Shown here piece after piece: positions 43,358 to 57,609 of a stretch of DNA of 64,000 bases. Numbering within the stretch: the stretch's first letter is position 1; each line of letters begins with the position of its first letter. The stretch is from Escherichia phage vB-Eco-KMB42. The notes beneath the pieces are model-generated. The model made no database searches. It saw only the letters and a program-made list of their open reading frames with translations, and had not been told where the DNA came from. The stretch is from the sequence record OR539221.1. One strand, written 5' to 3'. Both the position numbers and the translations under genes were made by a program.

Positions 43358-43692
43358 AGCAGAAAATCTAATGTATTAGTTTTTTCACAACGAACAACAG
43401 AAGGGCGTAAAAGATTTTCGTCAATAGCTTCTGACTGAATTTTTTCAATTATACCCGAAGGAATAAATTTAGCAAATTGAGTTTCAGGAATAGAGTTTTC
43501 TTCCAAGAATGCTGTTGTAGCTTCAAGATAACTCATTCCAAACTCTTCTACCATTTTTTCAATAATAAATCCATTTTCTTGACGATCAAGAAGCTTTGCT
43601 ATTTCATCCTTTTCTTTCTTGATTGAAAGTTCTTTTTCTGAAAGACCGGTCTCATCGACCGGACGAATATCATTTAGAGAAAACTGTGTCAT
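43354..43692 (-). CDS. 33: gp33 late transcription co-activator (112 aa)
   Basis: start MTQFSLNDIRPVDE; synteny. Confidence 0.85.
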   Translation of the reverse strand: MTQFSLNDIRPVDETGLSEKELSIKKEKDEIAKLLDRQENGFIIEKMVEEFGMSYLEATTAFLEENSIPETQFAKFIPSGIIEKIQSEAIDENLLRPSVVRCEKTNTLDFLL

Positions 43693-43939
43693 AAAGTTCA
43701 ACTACCTCTTCAGTTTCAGCTTCAAACACATCACGGTTATCTTTATGATACAAAGCTAATAGACGATTAAACATCTTACCATCAACGCCAAGTTCATCTT
43801 TGGCACGAATTCGAATGTCTTTAATCAATTCATTATAACCGGAAATTTTCAGTTTATGATCAGATGCTTCTTTAATAAATTTAGCCAAGTCTTCGCCATG
43901 GATAGCTTCATCAAATTCAACCATTTCTTTTTTAGCCAT
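43670..43939 (-). CDS. dsbA: DsbA double-stranded DNA-binding late transcription protein (89 aa)
   Basis: size and synteny between rnh and 33. Confidence 0.8.
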   Translation of the reverse strand: MAKKEMVEFDEAIHGEDLAKFIKEASDHKLKISGYNELIKDIRIRAKDELGVDGKMFNRLLALYHKDNRDVFEAETEEVVELYDTVFSK

Positions 43940-43947
43940 TATTCACC

Positions 43948-44865
43948 TCAAAATTCATTAATGCTATTAGTTAATTTAGAAAGACCCGCTTTTACAAAAT
44001 ATGAATAAATTTTGCCACGCGGTGGTAATTTATATGAATTATAGTAATTCACAATGTTTGAAGCAATATTATCAGGAATATAATCAAAATCAATTAGAAC
44101 TAAATTTTCTTTATAACGATTATATTCAGATTCTGTGAGAAGCACCTTAGCTTGCTCACGGTCATTAGCAATAGCTTCAACGATTGAAGTTTTCATTGAA
44201 GGAGTTCGTTCACCTTCAACTCTGGTAAACCAAAAGTCAGATCGTACTTTAACTGAAGCAACGTTATCCTTTTTGTCGCCTTTAAGGATTTTAGTCATAC
44301 AGTCAATTTCAGCAGAACCGCTTTTAATTTTAACCCATTTCTTATGCATCGGTGACCATTGCTTAACATTTGGGTATTTGTGAAGCTGTGTAAAGTCACC
44401 ATCCGATGAAATGATTAAAATCTTGTGTCCTTCTAAAGAGAACTTTTTAACAAGAACAGCAATATGGTCATCTGCTTCATACTTATCAATATCCATAACA
44501 ATGTATGGCATATAAGCTTTCAATTCATCTATAACTTTATGGCTGGATTCAAAATAACCTTCCCAGTCCCAAGTAGATTCTTCTCGTGCTTTTCCACGGT
44601 TTTTCTTGTAATAGTAAGCGAAATCACGACGCCAGTATCCAGATTTCGCATTATCAATACACAGTACAATTTTAGTGTATCCAAGAGTTTTTGCTTTTTT
44701 GACATTAAACTTAATTGAGTTCAATATCAAATGACGAACCATTGATAAATTAATTTTTTCTTTATCTGGGAAGTTTACTAAAGCAGTTGAAAGCGCAATT
44801 TGACTAAAGTCAATAAAGCAAATTCCTTCTTTGTAATCTTCATCCAGCATCATTTCTAAATCCAT
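43948..44865 (-). CDS. rnh: RNase H (5'-3' exonuclease, FEN family, 305 aa)
   Basis: start MDLEMMLDEDYKEG with SD GAGGT; early promoter 44880-44935. Confidence 0.9.
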   Translation of the reverse strand: MDLEMMLDEDYKEGICFIDFSQIALSTALVNFPDKEKINLSMVRHLILNSIKFNVKKAKTLGYTKIVLCIDNAKSGYWRRDFAYYYKKNRGKAREESTWDWEGYFESSHKVIDELKAYMPYIVMDIDKYEADDHIAVLVKKFSLEGHKILIISSDGDFTQLHKYPNVKQWSPMHKKWVKIKSGSAEIDCMTKILKGDKKDNVASVKVRSDFWFTRVEGERTPSMKTSIVEAIANDREQAKVLLTESEYNRYKENLVLIDFDYIPDNIASNIVNYYNSYKLPPRGKIYSYFVKAGLSKLTNSINEF

Positions 44866-44879
44866 ATGAACCTCGTTCA

Positions 44880-44935
44880 ATTAGTGAGATTTCTATTATA
44901 TACCATCCAAATCTTAAAGTAAACAAGTATAAATA
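44880..44935 (-). promoter_or_regulatory. early promoter for rnh, overlapping the gene 34 late promoter on the other strand
   Basis: minus-strand GTTTAC (44919-44924), 16-bp spacer, TATATAAT. Confidence 0.6.
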
Positions 44936-44940
44936 CTTAT
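44922..44940 (+). promoter_or_regulatory. late promoter for gene 34
   Basis: TATAAATA at 44928-44935. Confidence 0.7.
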
Positions 44941-44969
44941 TATTGAAAACACAATAGGAGCCCGGGAGA

Positions 44970-47900
44970 ATGGCCGAGATTAAAAGAAAGTTCAGAGCAG
45001 AAGACGGTCTGGACGCAGGTGGCGATAAAATAATCAACGTAGCTTTAGCTGATCGTACCGTAGGAACTGACGGTGTTAACGTTGATTACTTAATTCAAGA
45101 AAACACAGTTCAACAATATGATCCAACTCGTGGATATTTAAAAGATTTTGTAATCATTTATGATAACCGCTTTTGGGCTGCTATAAATGATATTCCAAAA
45201 CCAGCAGGAGCTTTTAATAGCGTACGATGGAGAGCGTTACGTACTGATGCAAACTGGACAACTGTTTCGTCAGGACCTTATCAATTAAAATCAGGCGAAT
45301 CGATTTCAGTTAACACTGCAGCGGGTAATGACATTACATTTACTTTGCCATCTTCTCCAATTGATGGTGATACTATCGTTCTCCAAGATATTGGAGGAAA
45401 ACCTGGAGTTAACCAGGTTTTAATTACAGCTCCGGTACAAAGCATTGTAAACTTTAGAGGTCAACAAGTACGCTCAGTACTAATGACTCATCCAAAATCA
45501 CAGATAGTTTTAATTTTTAGTAATCGTCTGTGGCAAATGTATGTTGCTGATTATAGCAGAGAAGCGGCAGTTGTAACGCCAGCGAGTCTTTATCAAGCGC
45601 AATCAAACGATTTTATCGTGCGTAGATTTACTTCTGCTTCAGCAATTAATATTAAACTTCCTAGATTTGCTAATCATGGGGATATTATTAATTTTGTTGA
45701 TTTAGATAAATTAAATCCGTTATATCATACTATCGTTACTACATACGATGAAACGACTTCAGTACAAGAAGTTGGAACTCATTCCATTGAAGGCCGTACA
45801 TCTATTGATGGTTTCTTAATGTTTGATGATAATGAGAAATTGTGGAGATTATTTGACGGGGATAGTAAAGCACGTTTACGCATTATAACGACTAATTCTA
45901 ATATTCGTCCAAATGAAGAAGTCATGGTATTTGGTGCGAATAATGGAACAACCCAAACAATTGAACTTCAGCTTCCAACTGATATTTCTATCGGTGATAC
46001 TGTTAAGATTTCCATGAATTATATGAGAAAAGGACAAACAGTTAAAATCAAAGCTGCTGGTGAAGATAAAATTGCTTCTTCAGTTCAATTGCTGCAATTT
46101 CCAAAACGTTCAGAATACCCACCTGAAACTAAATGGGTAACTGTTCAAGAATTAGTTTTTAATGGCGAAACCAATTATGTTCCAGTTTTACAGCTTGCTT
46201 ATATCGAAGATTCCGATGGAAAATATTGGGTTGTACAGCAAAACGTTCCAACCGTAGAAAGAGTAGACTCTTTAAATAATTCTACTAGAGCAAGATTAGG
46301 TGTAATTGCATTAGCTACACAGGCTCAAGCTAATGCAGATTTAGAAAATTCTCCACAAAAAGAATTGGCAATTACTCCAGAAACGTTAGCTAATCGTACT
46401 GCTACAGAAACTCGTAGAGGTATTGCAAGAATAGCAACAACTGCGCAAGTAAACCAGGATACCACATTCTCTTTTGCAGATGACCTTATCATCACTCCTA
46501 AAAAGTTGAATGAAAGAACTGCTACAGAAACTCGCAGAGGTGTCGCTGAAATTGCTACACAGCAAGAAACTAATGCAGGAACCGATGATACGACAATCAT
46601 CACTCCTAAAAAGCTTCAAGCTCGTCAAGGTTCTGAATCATTATCTGGTATTGTAACTTTTGTATCTACTGCAGGTGCTACTCCGGCTTCTAGCCGTGAA
46701 TTAAATGGTACGAATGTTTATAATAAAAACACTAATAACTTAGTTGTTTCGCCTAAAGCTTTGGATCAGTATAAAGCTACTCCAACGCAACAAGGTGCAG
46801 TAATTTTAGCAGTTGAAAGTGAAGTAATTGCTGGACAAAGCCAAGAAGGATGGGCAAATGCGGTTGTAACGCCAGAAACGTTACATAAAAAGACATCAAC
46901 TGATGGAAGAATTGGTTTAATTGAAATTGCTACTCAAAGTGAAGTTAATACAGGAACTGATTATACTCGTGCAGTCACTCCTAAAACTTTAAATGACCGT
47001 AGAGCAACTGAAAGTTTAAGTGGTATAGCTGAAATTGCTACACAAGTTGAATTCGACGCAGGCGTCGACGATACTCGTATCTCTACACCATTAAAAATTA
47101 AAACTAGATTTAATAGTACTGATCGTACTTCTGTTGTTGCTCTATCTGGATTAGTTGAATCAGGAACTCTCTGGGACCATTATACCCTTAATATTCTTGA
47201 AGCAAATGAGACACAACGTGGTACACTTCGTGTGGCTACACAAGTTGAAGCTGCTGCTGGAAAATTAGATAATGTTTTAATAACTCCTAAAAAGCTTTTA
47301 GGTACTAAATCTACTGAAGCGCAAGAAGGTGTTATTAAAGTTGCAACTCAGTCTGAAACTGTGACTGGAACGTCAGCAAATACTGCTGTATCTCCAAAAA
47401 ATTTAAAATGGATTGTGCAGAGTGAACCTACCTGGGCAGCTACTACTGCAGTAAGAGGCTTTGTTAAAACTTCATCTGGTTCAATTACATTTGTCGGTAA
47501 TGATACAGTCGGTTCTACCCAAGATTTAGAACTGTATGAGAAAAATAGTTATGCAGTATCACCATATGAATTAAACCGTGTATTAGCAAATTATTTGCCA
47601 TTAAAAGCAAAAGCTGCAGATAGTAATTTATTGGATGGTCTAGATTCATCTCAGTTCATTCGTAGGGACATTGCGCAGACGGTTAATGGTTCACTAACCT
47701 TAACTCAACAAACGAATCTGAGTGCCCCTCTTGTATCATCTAGTACTGCTACGTTTGGTGGTTCAGTTACAGCAAATAGTGTACTAACGATTTCTAATAC
47801 TGGAACAGCAACTCGATTGATTTTTGAGAAAGGACCTCAAACTGGAACAAACCCAGCCCAAACGATGACTGTTAGAGTGTGGGGAAATCAATTTAGTGGG

Positions 47901-48839
47901 GAATTAGATACAACACGTTCTACCGTATTTGAAGTTAGTGATGAAACATCTAGTCATTTTTATTCTCAGCGCAATAAAGCCGGAAATATAACATTTAATA
48001 TCAACGGTACAGTAACACCGATAAATGTTAATGCTTCAGGAACATTGAATGCAAATGGCGTAGCAACATTTGGTAATTCAGTCACTGCAACTGGTGAAAT
48101 TATTTCTCGAAGCGCAAATGCTTTCCGTGCTATTAACGGAAATTATGGTTTCATTGTTCGCAATGATGGATCAGTAACGAATTTTATGCTTACTGCATCG
48201 GGTGATCAGACTGGTGGATTTAACGGATTACGTCCTTTGGCTATTAATAATGCATCTGGTCAAGTAACGATTGGTGAAAGCTTAATCATCGCCAAAGGTG
48301 CTACTATAAATTCTGGTGGTTTAACTGTTAATTCGAGAATTCGTTCTCAAGGTACTAAAACTTCTGATTTATATACCCGTGCGCCAACATCTGATACTGT
48401 AGGATTCTGGTCAATTGATATTAATGATTCAGCTACTTATAACCAGTTCCCCGGTTATTTTAAAATGGTTGAAAAAACTAATGAAGTGACTGGACTTCCG
48501 TACTTAGAACGTGGCGAAGAAGTTAAATCTCCTGGTACACTGACACAGTTTGGTAACACACTTGATTCGCTTTACCAAGATTGGATTACTTATCCAACGA
48601 CACCAGAAGCGCGTACCACTCGCTGGACACGTACATGGCAGAAAACCAAAAATTCTTGGTCAAGTTTTGTTCAGGTATTTGATGGAGGTAACCCTCCTCA
48701 ACCGTCTGATATCGGTGCTTTACCATCTGATAATGCTACAATGGGGAATCTTACTATTCGTGATTTCTTACGAATTGGTAATGTTCGCATTATTCCTGAC
48801 CCAGTGAATAAAACTGTTAAATTTGAATGGGTTGAATAA
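44970..48839 (+). CDS. 34: long tail fibre proximal subunit gp34 (1289 aa)
   Basis: size, internal repeats, late promoter 44928-44935. Confidence 0.94.
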   Translation: MAEIKRKFRAEDGLDAGGDKIINVALADRTVGTDGVNVDYLIQENTVQQYDPTRGYLKDFVIIYDNRFWAAINDIPKPAGAFNSVRWRALRTDANWTTVSSGPYQLKSGESISVNTAAGNDITFTLPSSPIDGDTIVLQDIGGKPGVNQVLITAPVQSIVNFRGQQVRSVLMTHPKSQIVLIFSNRLWQMYVADYSREAAVVTPASLYQAQSNDFIVRRFTSASAINIKLPRFANHGDIINFVDLDKLNPLYHTIVTTYDETTSVQEVGTHSIEGRTSIDGFLMFDDNEKLWRLFDGDSKARLRIITTNSNIRPNEEVMVFGANNGTTQTIELQLPTDISIGDTVKISMNYMRKGQTVKIKAAGEDKIASSVQLLQFPKRSEYPPETKWVTVQELVFNGETNYVPVLQLAYIEDSDGKYWVVQQNVPTVERVDSLNNSTRARLGVIALATQAQANADLENSPQKELAITPETLANRTATETRRGIARIATTAQVNQDTTFSFADDLIITPKKLNERTATETRRGVAEIATQQETNAGTDDTTIITPKKLQARQGSESLSGIVTFVSTAGATPASSRELNGTNVYNKNTNNLVVSPKALDQYKATPTQQGAVILAVESEVIAGQSQEGWANAVVTPETLHKKTSTDGRIGLIEIATQSEVNTGTDYTRAVTPKTLNDRRATESLSGIAEIATQVEFDAGVDDTRISTPLKIKTRFNSTDRTSVVALSGLVESGTLWDHYTLNILEANETQRGTLRVATQVEAAAGKLDNVLITPKKLLGTKSTEAQEGVIKVATQSETVTGTSANTAVSPKNLKWIVQSEPTWAATTAVRGFVKTSSGSITFVGNDTVGSTQDLELYEKNSYAVSPYELNRVLANYLPLKAKAADSNLLDGLDSSQFIRRDIAQTVNGSLTLTQQTNLSAPLVSSSTATFGGSVTANSVLTISNTGTATRLIFEKGPQTGTNPAQTMTVRVWGNQFSGELDTTRSTVFEVSDETSSHFYSQRNKAGNITFNINGTVTPINVNASGTLNANGVATFGNSVTATGEIISRSANAFRAINGNYGFIVRNDGSVTNFMLTASGDQTGGFNGLRPLAINNASGQVTIGESLIIAKGATINSGGLTVNSRIRSQGTKTSDLYTRAPTSDTVGFWSIDINDSATYNQFPGYFKMVEKTNEVTGLPYLERGEEVKSPGTLTQFGNTLDSLYQDWITYPTTPEARTTRWTRTWQKTKNSWSSFVQVFDGGNPPQPSDIGALPSDNATMGNLTIRDFLRIGNVRIIPDPVNKTVKFEWVE

Positions 48840-48847
48840 GAGGTATT

Positions 48848-49963
48848 ATGGAAAAATTTATGGCAGAGTTTGGACAAGGATATGTCCAAACGCCATTTTT
48901 ATCGGAAAGCAATTCAGTAAGATATAAAATAAGTATAGCGGGTTCTTGCCCGCTTTCTACCGCAGGACCATACGTTAAATTTCAAGATAATCCTGTAGGA
49001 AGTCAAACATTTAGTGCAGGTCTTCATTTAAGAGTTTTTGACCCTTCCACGGGAGCATTGGTTGATAGTAAGTCATATGTTTTTTCGACTTCAAATGATA
49101 CTACATCAGCTGCTTTTGTTAGTTTCATGAATTCTTTTTCAAACAACAGACTTGTTGCTATATTAACCAGTGGAAAGGTTAATTTTCCTCCTGAAGTAGT
49201 ATCTTGGTTAAGAACAGCAGGAACATCTGCTTTTCCATCTGATTCTTTATTGTCAAGATTTGATGTATCATATGCTGCCTTTTACACTTCTTCTAAAAGA
49301 GCTATCGCACTAGAGCATGTTAAACTGAGTAACAGAAAAAGCACAGATGACTATCAAACTATATTAGATGTAGTATTTGACAGTTTAGAAGATGTTGGAG
49401 CGACAGGATTTCCTAAAAGAACATATGAAAGCGTTGAGCAATTTATGTCAGCTGTTGGTGGAACTAATAACGAAATTGCACGTCTACCTACAGCATCTGC
49501 AATAAGTAAACTCTCTGACTATAATTTAATTCCTGGAGATGTTCTTTATCTTAAAGCACAACTATATGCTGATGCTGATTTACTTGCTCTTGGAACTACA
49601 AATATATCTATCCGTTTTTATAATGCGTCGAATGGATATATTTCCTCGACACAAGCTGAGTTTACTGGACAAGCTGGGTCTTGGGAATTAAAAGAAGATT
49701 ATGTAGTTGTTCCTGAAAATGCAGTAGGATTTACGATATACGCACAGAGAACTGCACAAGCGGGTCAAGGCGGTATGAGAAATTTAAGCTTTTCTGAAGT
49801 GTCAAGAAATGGCGGCATTTCAAAACCTGCTGAGTTTGGCGTCAATGGTATTCGAGTTAATTATATCTGCGAATCTGCTTCACCTCCAGATATAATGGTA
49901 CTTCCTACGCAAGCATCGTCTAAAACTGGTAAAGTGTTTGGGCAAGAATTTAGAGAAGTTTAA
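48848..49963 (+). CDS. 35: long tail fibre hinge protein gp35
   Basis: synteny, size. Confidence 0.88.
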   Translation: MEKFMAEFGQGYVQTPFLSESNSVRYKISIAGSCPLSTAGPYVKFQDNPVGSQTFSAGLHLRVFDPSTGALVDSKSYVFSTSNDTTSAAFVSFMNSFSNNRLVAILTSGKVNFPPEVVSWLRTAGTSAFPSDSLLSRFDVSYAAFYTSSKRAIALEHVKLSNRKSTDDYQTILDVVFDSLEDVGATGFPKRTYESVEQFMSAVGGTNNEIARLPTASAISKLSDYNLIPGDVLYLKAQLYADADLLALGTTNISIRFYNASNGYISSTQAEFTGQAGSWELKEDYVVVPENAVGFTIYAQRTAQAGQGGMRNLSFSEVSRNGGISKPAEFGVNGIRVNYICESASPPDIMVLPTQASSKTGKVFGQEFREV

Positions 49964-49965
49964 AT

Positions 49966-49992
49966 TGAGGGAGCCTTCGGGCTCCCTTTTTC
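49966..49992 (+). terminator. terminator after gene 35
   Basis: GGGAGCC-TTCG-GGCTCCC followed by TTTTTCTTT. Confidence 0.8.
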
Positions 49993-50008
49993 TTTATAAA
50001 TACTATTA
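49990..50008 (+). promoter_or_regulatory. late promoter for gene 36
   Basis: TATAAATA at 49995-50002 directly after terminator hairpin. Confidence 0.7.
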
Positions 50009-50025
50009 AAATAAAGGGGCATACA

Positions 50026-50682
50026 ATGGCTGATTTAAAAGTAGGTTCAACAACTGGAGGCTCTGTCATTTGGCATCAAGGAAATTTTCCATTGAATCCA
50101 GCCGGTGACGATGTACTCTATAAATCATTTAAAATATATTCAGAATATAATAAACCACAAGCTGCTGATAACGATTTCGTTTCTAAAGCTAATGGTGGTA
50201 CATATTTAAATAAAGTAATTTTTAATAAAGGAATGACTGTTCCTGGTGCTGGGTCAGGTGACAACGGTATTTTTGCCGGTCCTGGTGATAATGCCACATA
50301 TGATACTACAAATATGGATATTGTTTCATGGTATGGTATCGGCTTTAAATCATCACAAGGGGCAGCAGGTAGAACTGTAGTAATTAACACACGAAACGGA
50401 GATATTAGCTCAAAGGGTGTAATTGAAGCATCACAAATACGCGCAACTTCGTTATCACCAGTAAATAATTATGACCTTACGAGAAAAGATTATGTTGATG
50501 GAGCAATAAATATTGTTACAACAAATGCAAACTCTAGAGTATTACGCTCTGGAGACACTATGACAGGAAATTTAACTGCGCCAAACCTTTTTTCACAGAA
50601 TCCTGCATCTCAACCCTCGCATGTTCCGCGATTTGACCAAATCGTAATTAAGGATTCTGTTCAAGATTTCGGCTATTATTAA
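50026..50682 (+). CDS. 36: long tail fibre distal connector gp36
   Basis: synteny, size, late promoter 49995-50002. Confidence 0.88.
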   Translation: MADLKVGSTTGGSVIWHQGNFPLNPAGDDVLYKSFKIYSEYNKPQAADNDFVSKANGGTYLNKVIFNKGMTVPGAGSGDNGIFAGPGDNATYDTTNMDIVSWYGIGFKSSQGAAGRTVVINTRNGDISSKGVIEASQIRATSLSPVNNYDLTRKDYVDGAINIVTTNANSRVLRSGDTMTGNLTAPNLFSQNPASQPSHVPRFDQIVIKDSVQDFGYY

Positions 50683-50690
50683 GAGGACTT

Positions 50691-54828
<4,138 letters not shown>

Positions 54829-54860
54829 TTTTTGAATAAATATCCTTAAAAGGAGGGTCT

Positions 54861-55517
54861 ATGGCAGCACCTAGAATATCATTTTCGCCCTCTGATATTC
54901 TATTTGGTGTTCTAGATCGCTTGTTCAAAGATAACGCTACCGGGAAAGTTCTTGCTTCCCGGGTAGCTGTCGTAATTCTTTTGTTTATGATGGCGATTGT
55001 TTGGTATAGGGGAGATAGTTTCTTTGAGTACTATAAGCAATCAAAGTATGAAACATACAGTGAAATTATTGAAAAGGAAAGAAATGCACGCTTTGAATCT
55101 GTCGCCCTGGAACAACTCCAGATAGTTCACATATCATCTGAGGCAGACTTTAGTGCGGTGTATTCTTTCCGCCCTAAAAACTTAAACTATTTTGTCGATA
55201 TTATAGCATATGAAGGAAAATTACCTTCAACAATAAGTGAAAAATCACTTGGAGGATATCCTGTTGATAAAACTATGGATGAATATGCAGTTCATTTAAA
55301 TGGACGTCATTATTATTCCAACTCAAAATTTGCTTTTTTACCAACTAAAAAGCCTACTCCCGAAATAAACTACATGTACAGTTGTCCATATTTTAATTTG
55401 GATAATATCTATGCTGGAACGATAACCATGTACTGGTATAGAAATGATCATATAAGTAATGACCGCCTTGAATCAATATGCGCCCAGGCGGCCAGAATAT
55501 TAGGAAGGGCTAAATAA
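54861..55517 (+). CDS. t: holin T (218 aa)
   Basis: sequence MAAPRISFSPSDILFGVLDRLFKDNATGKVL with single TM; T4 t length. Confidence 0.93.
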   Translation: MAAPRISFSPSDILFGVLDRLFKDNATGKVLASRVAVVILLFMMAIVWYRGDSFFEYYKQSKYETYSEIIEKERNARFESVALEQLQIVHISSEADFSAVYSFRPKNLNYFVDIIAYEGKLPSTISEKSLGGYPVDKTMDEYAVHLNGRHYYSNSKFAFLPTKKPTPEINYMYSCPYFNLDNIYAGTITMYWYRNDHISNDRLESICAQAARILGRAK

Positions 55518-55790
55518 TTATTTGTTCGTATACATCTCTAGATATCGATATACACCCTCAAAACCCTCGTTGAATTCGTCGATGAGGGTTTTCTTATCTT
55601 CTTGGGTTAATTCAGAAACAATTTTACGGAATGAATTCTGATTTAACTTTCTACCTTCATGCGTTACTCCAATCTCATTCAGAAATGCAATAAAATTAGC
55701 ACGATTCTCAACAATATCTTCTCTGGAAAATTTAATCAAAATAGATGCAACAGTAATAATTTCACGAACTGTATCAATGTTTTTATTCAT
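55518..55790 (-). CDS. asiA: AsiA anti-sigma70 factor (90 aa)
   Basis: sequence MNKNIDTVREIITVASILIKFSREDIVENRANFIAFLNEIGVT matches T4 AsiA. Confidence 0.93.
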   Translation of the reverse strand: MNKNIDTVREIITVASILIKFSREDIVENRANFIAFLNEIGVTHEGRKLNQNSFRKIVSELTQEDKKTLIDEFNEGFEGVYRYLEMYTNK

Positions 55791-55802
55791 TAACTATACC
55801 AC

Positions 55803-55955
55803 TCAATTAGTTGACTTTATTATAATATCATCAGACGCTTGATTTGTAAACTGGTCTGTGTTATTTTCTTCAAAAATTTTTTCTACGAATTCCTTGAACG
55901 ACTCACGTTCCTGAGCTACATTATGCTCGATTACCTTTTCAAGATTATGACTCAT
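55803..55955 (-). CDS. small acidic protein (~50 aa; asiA.1 position), not in ORF track
   Basis: ATGA overlap with arn stop; manual translation MSHNLEKVIEHNVAQ... Confidence 0.45.
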   Translation of the reverse strand: MSHNLEKVIEHNVAQERESFKEFVEKIFEENNTDQFTNQASDDIIIKSTN

Positions 55956-56230
55956 TCGAAATAATCTTCAATTTCGTAATCATGGACATAAATCATTATA
56001 GTTTTTAATACATCATCAATACTTTTTCCTGGAGCTGGAATTACGTAGAAATATCCTGCTTTTGAGAGGTCTTTATAAGTTCCAATCAAGAAATCATTAT
56101 TCTCAAGATGCAGTTCTTCAACTAATTCATTAACAATTGAATGGTATAAATTTGGTAGAAACTTATATAGCTTTTCTAGAATATCAATTTTGATTGTGTA
56201 TTGAACCACAGACTGAGAATCAATAATCAT
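55952..56230 (-). CDS. arn: Arn anti-restriction (anti-McrBC) protein (92 aa)
   Basis: 92-aa acidic protein in the asiA-motA interval; assignment by size and position. Confidence 0.7.
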   Translation of the reverse strand: MIIDSQSVVQYTIKIDILEKLYKFLPNLYHSIVNELVEELHLENNDFLIGTYKDLSKAGYFYVIPAPGKSIDDVLKTIMIYVHDYEIEDYFE

Positions 56231-56313
56231 AGACCTTCCCCTTATGTTTCTGTTTGCGATTAGATTCTTTAAACGCTTTCTTCTTATCCTTATGAACAGA
56301 AGCTTTATTAAAA

Positions 56314-56532
56314 TTATGCTTTGCGACTAAATTGTTCATAGTGCTGAATTACCTCTCTTAAACATTTGCATGTGAATGAAAACTTTTTAGCTACACCACA
56401 TTCAAATATATGTTCTCTTAAATCACGTGTATCAGTATATCCCATCTCAACAATAAAATGCCGTATTAGATTTTTATCTTTATCATTGAGAGAATTAAAA
56501 TAATCGGATTTTGAATTAATTTCCCTGGCCAA
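56314..56532 (-). CDS. hypothetical protein (arn.1 position)
   Basis: ORF in synteny. Confidence 0.5.
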   Translation of the reverse strand: MAREINSKSDYFNSLNDKDKNLIRHFIVEMGYTDTRDLREHIFECGVAKKFSFTCKCLREVIQHYEQFSRKA

Positions 56533-56812
56533 ATTGAATCACCTTCAGTTGACGTTTTAGCTCTTTTATCATCTCTTCATTCATCGCAATATAAAGATCA
56601 CGTAAAGCAGGTTTTAACATTCCATTTACTGGAGAACTAAATGGACATACATAATCTTTTCCTACGAGCTTTTTAGTTAATTCCATGTCACAGAACTGAA
56701 ATGCCGGTTCATTGGCATAAATTCCCCAATTGGTTGACATCATTTTATTGGCATATTCCAATGCCTGGATTTGATTCATAATTCCATCAATTTGAAACTT
56801 TTTAATATTCAT
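56516..56812 (-). CDS. hypothetical protein (arn.2 position)
   Basis: ORF in synteny. Confidence 0.55.
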   Translation of the reverse strand: MNIKKFQIDGIMNQIQALEYANKMMSTNWGIYANEPAFQFCDMELTKKLVGKDYVCPFSSPVNGMLKPALRDLYIAMNEEMIKELKRQLKVIQFGQGN

Positions 56813-57273
56813 TAGTAAAGGTCCTCAGAGTAAAGTTCTTTTTCACTACCGCCGCGTTCAATACGTACTTGTCCAGCGTAAGTTGCAATAATCATTGCTT
56901 CTTCACGTGTCCAATAATTACTGTATTGGTCAATAAACCCTTGGTCATCATCACAAACTTGTTGAGTAACTAATTGAGGTTTAACTACATCTAAAACTTC
57001 TGCCATATCTTTAGAATAATGACGAGCACCTGGAATAATAAGAGTTCGTCCATCTTTTAATTTAAAACGATTAGCTGCGCAGACAATTCGTCGTTGATAC
57101 TTTTGGTTTTCATCCCAGTATGCAGACTGCCAGCAAATTTCAGGAACTTCTTTTAGAATATCTTCTTCTGTGCATTTATAACCATGTGCTTTAAATTTTT
57201 CAACAAGACTTTCTGGAGTTTCACGAGATAAAGGAACATTCAGCATTTTTAAACGATTAATAAATGGGTTCAT
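56812..57273 (-). CDS. hypothetical protein (arn.3 position, 153 aa)
   Basis: ORF, ATGA overlap. Confidence 0.6.
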   Translation of the reverse strand: MNPFINRLKMLNVPLSRETPESLVEKFKAHGYKCTEEDILKEVPEICWQSAYWDENQKYQRRIVCAANRFKLKDGRTLIIPGARHYSKDMAEVLDVVKPQLVTQQVCDDDQGFIDQYSNYWTREEAMIIATYAGQVRIERGGSEKELYSEDLY

Positions 57274-57599
57274 TTAAACCATCCTTTAATACGTTTCCAC
57301 AAAGTTTTCTGCTGAGCTTTGTTAACACCAATTGAACGAATAACCGGTTGAGATTCCTGGAATTCTTTATAATCGGCAAGGTAAATTTCGTAAGCTGCAT
57401 CAGTAAATGAACTTATCGCTGCCATAAAATTATTGCGAATACCTACTGGAGCATCTTTACTTTCACGAATAATCATGTATTTACCAGTCTTAATCTTTAC
57501 GATAGTTCCAAGATAAGCTCCATGATACCAGATGTCCCAACCCTCTTGAGTAGGTTCTGCACAACGACGAAGTTCATTAACAATTTCTAACTTGTTCAT
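57270..57599 (-). CDS. hypothetical protein (arn.4 position, 109 aa)
   Basis: ORF in synteny. Confidence 0.6.
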   Translation of the reverse strand: MNKLEIVNELRRCAEPTQEGWDIWYHGAYLGTIVKIKTGKYMIIRESKDAPVGIRNNFMAAISSFTDAAYEIYLADYKEFQESQPVIRSIGVNKAQQKTLWKRIKGWFK

Positions 57600-57609
57600 T
57601 ATTTATTCC

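Noticed and set aside
46325-46628. Minus-strand ORFs 46325-46603 and 46386-46628
   Set aside because: Antisense to the repetitive part of gene 34; produced by the internal repeats.
56220-56339. Possible 39-codon basic ORF between arn and the arn.1-position gene (minus strand)
   Set aside because: SD is 14 nt from the ATG, the ORF overlaps the arn start out of frame, and the four arn.x genes expected from synteny are already accounted for; kept as doubtful.
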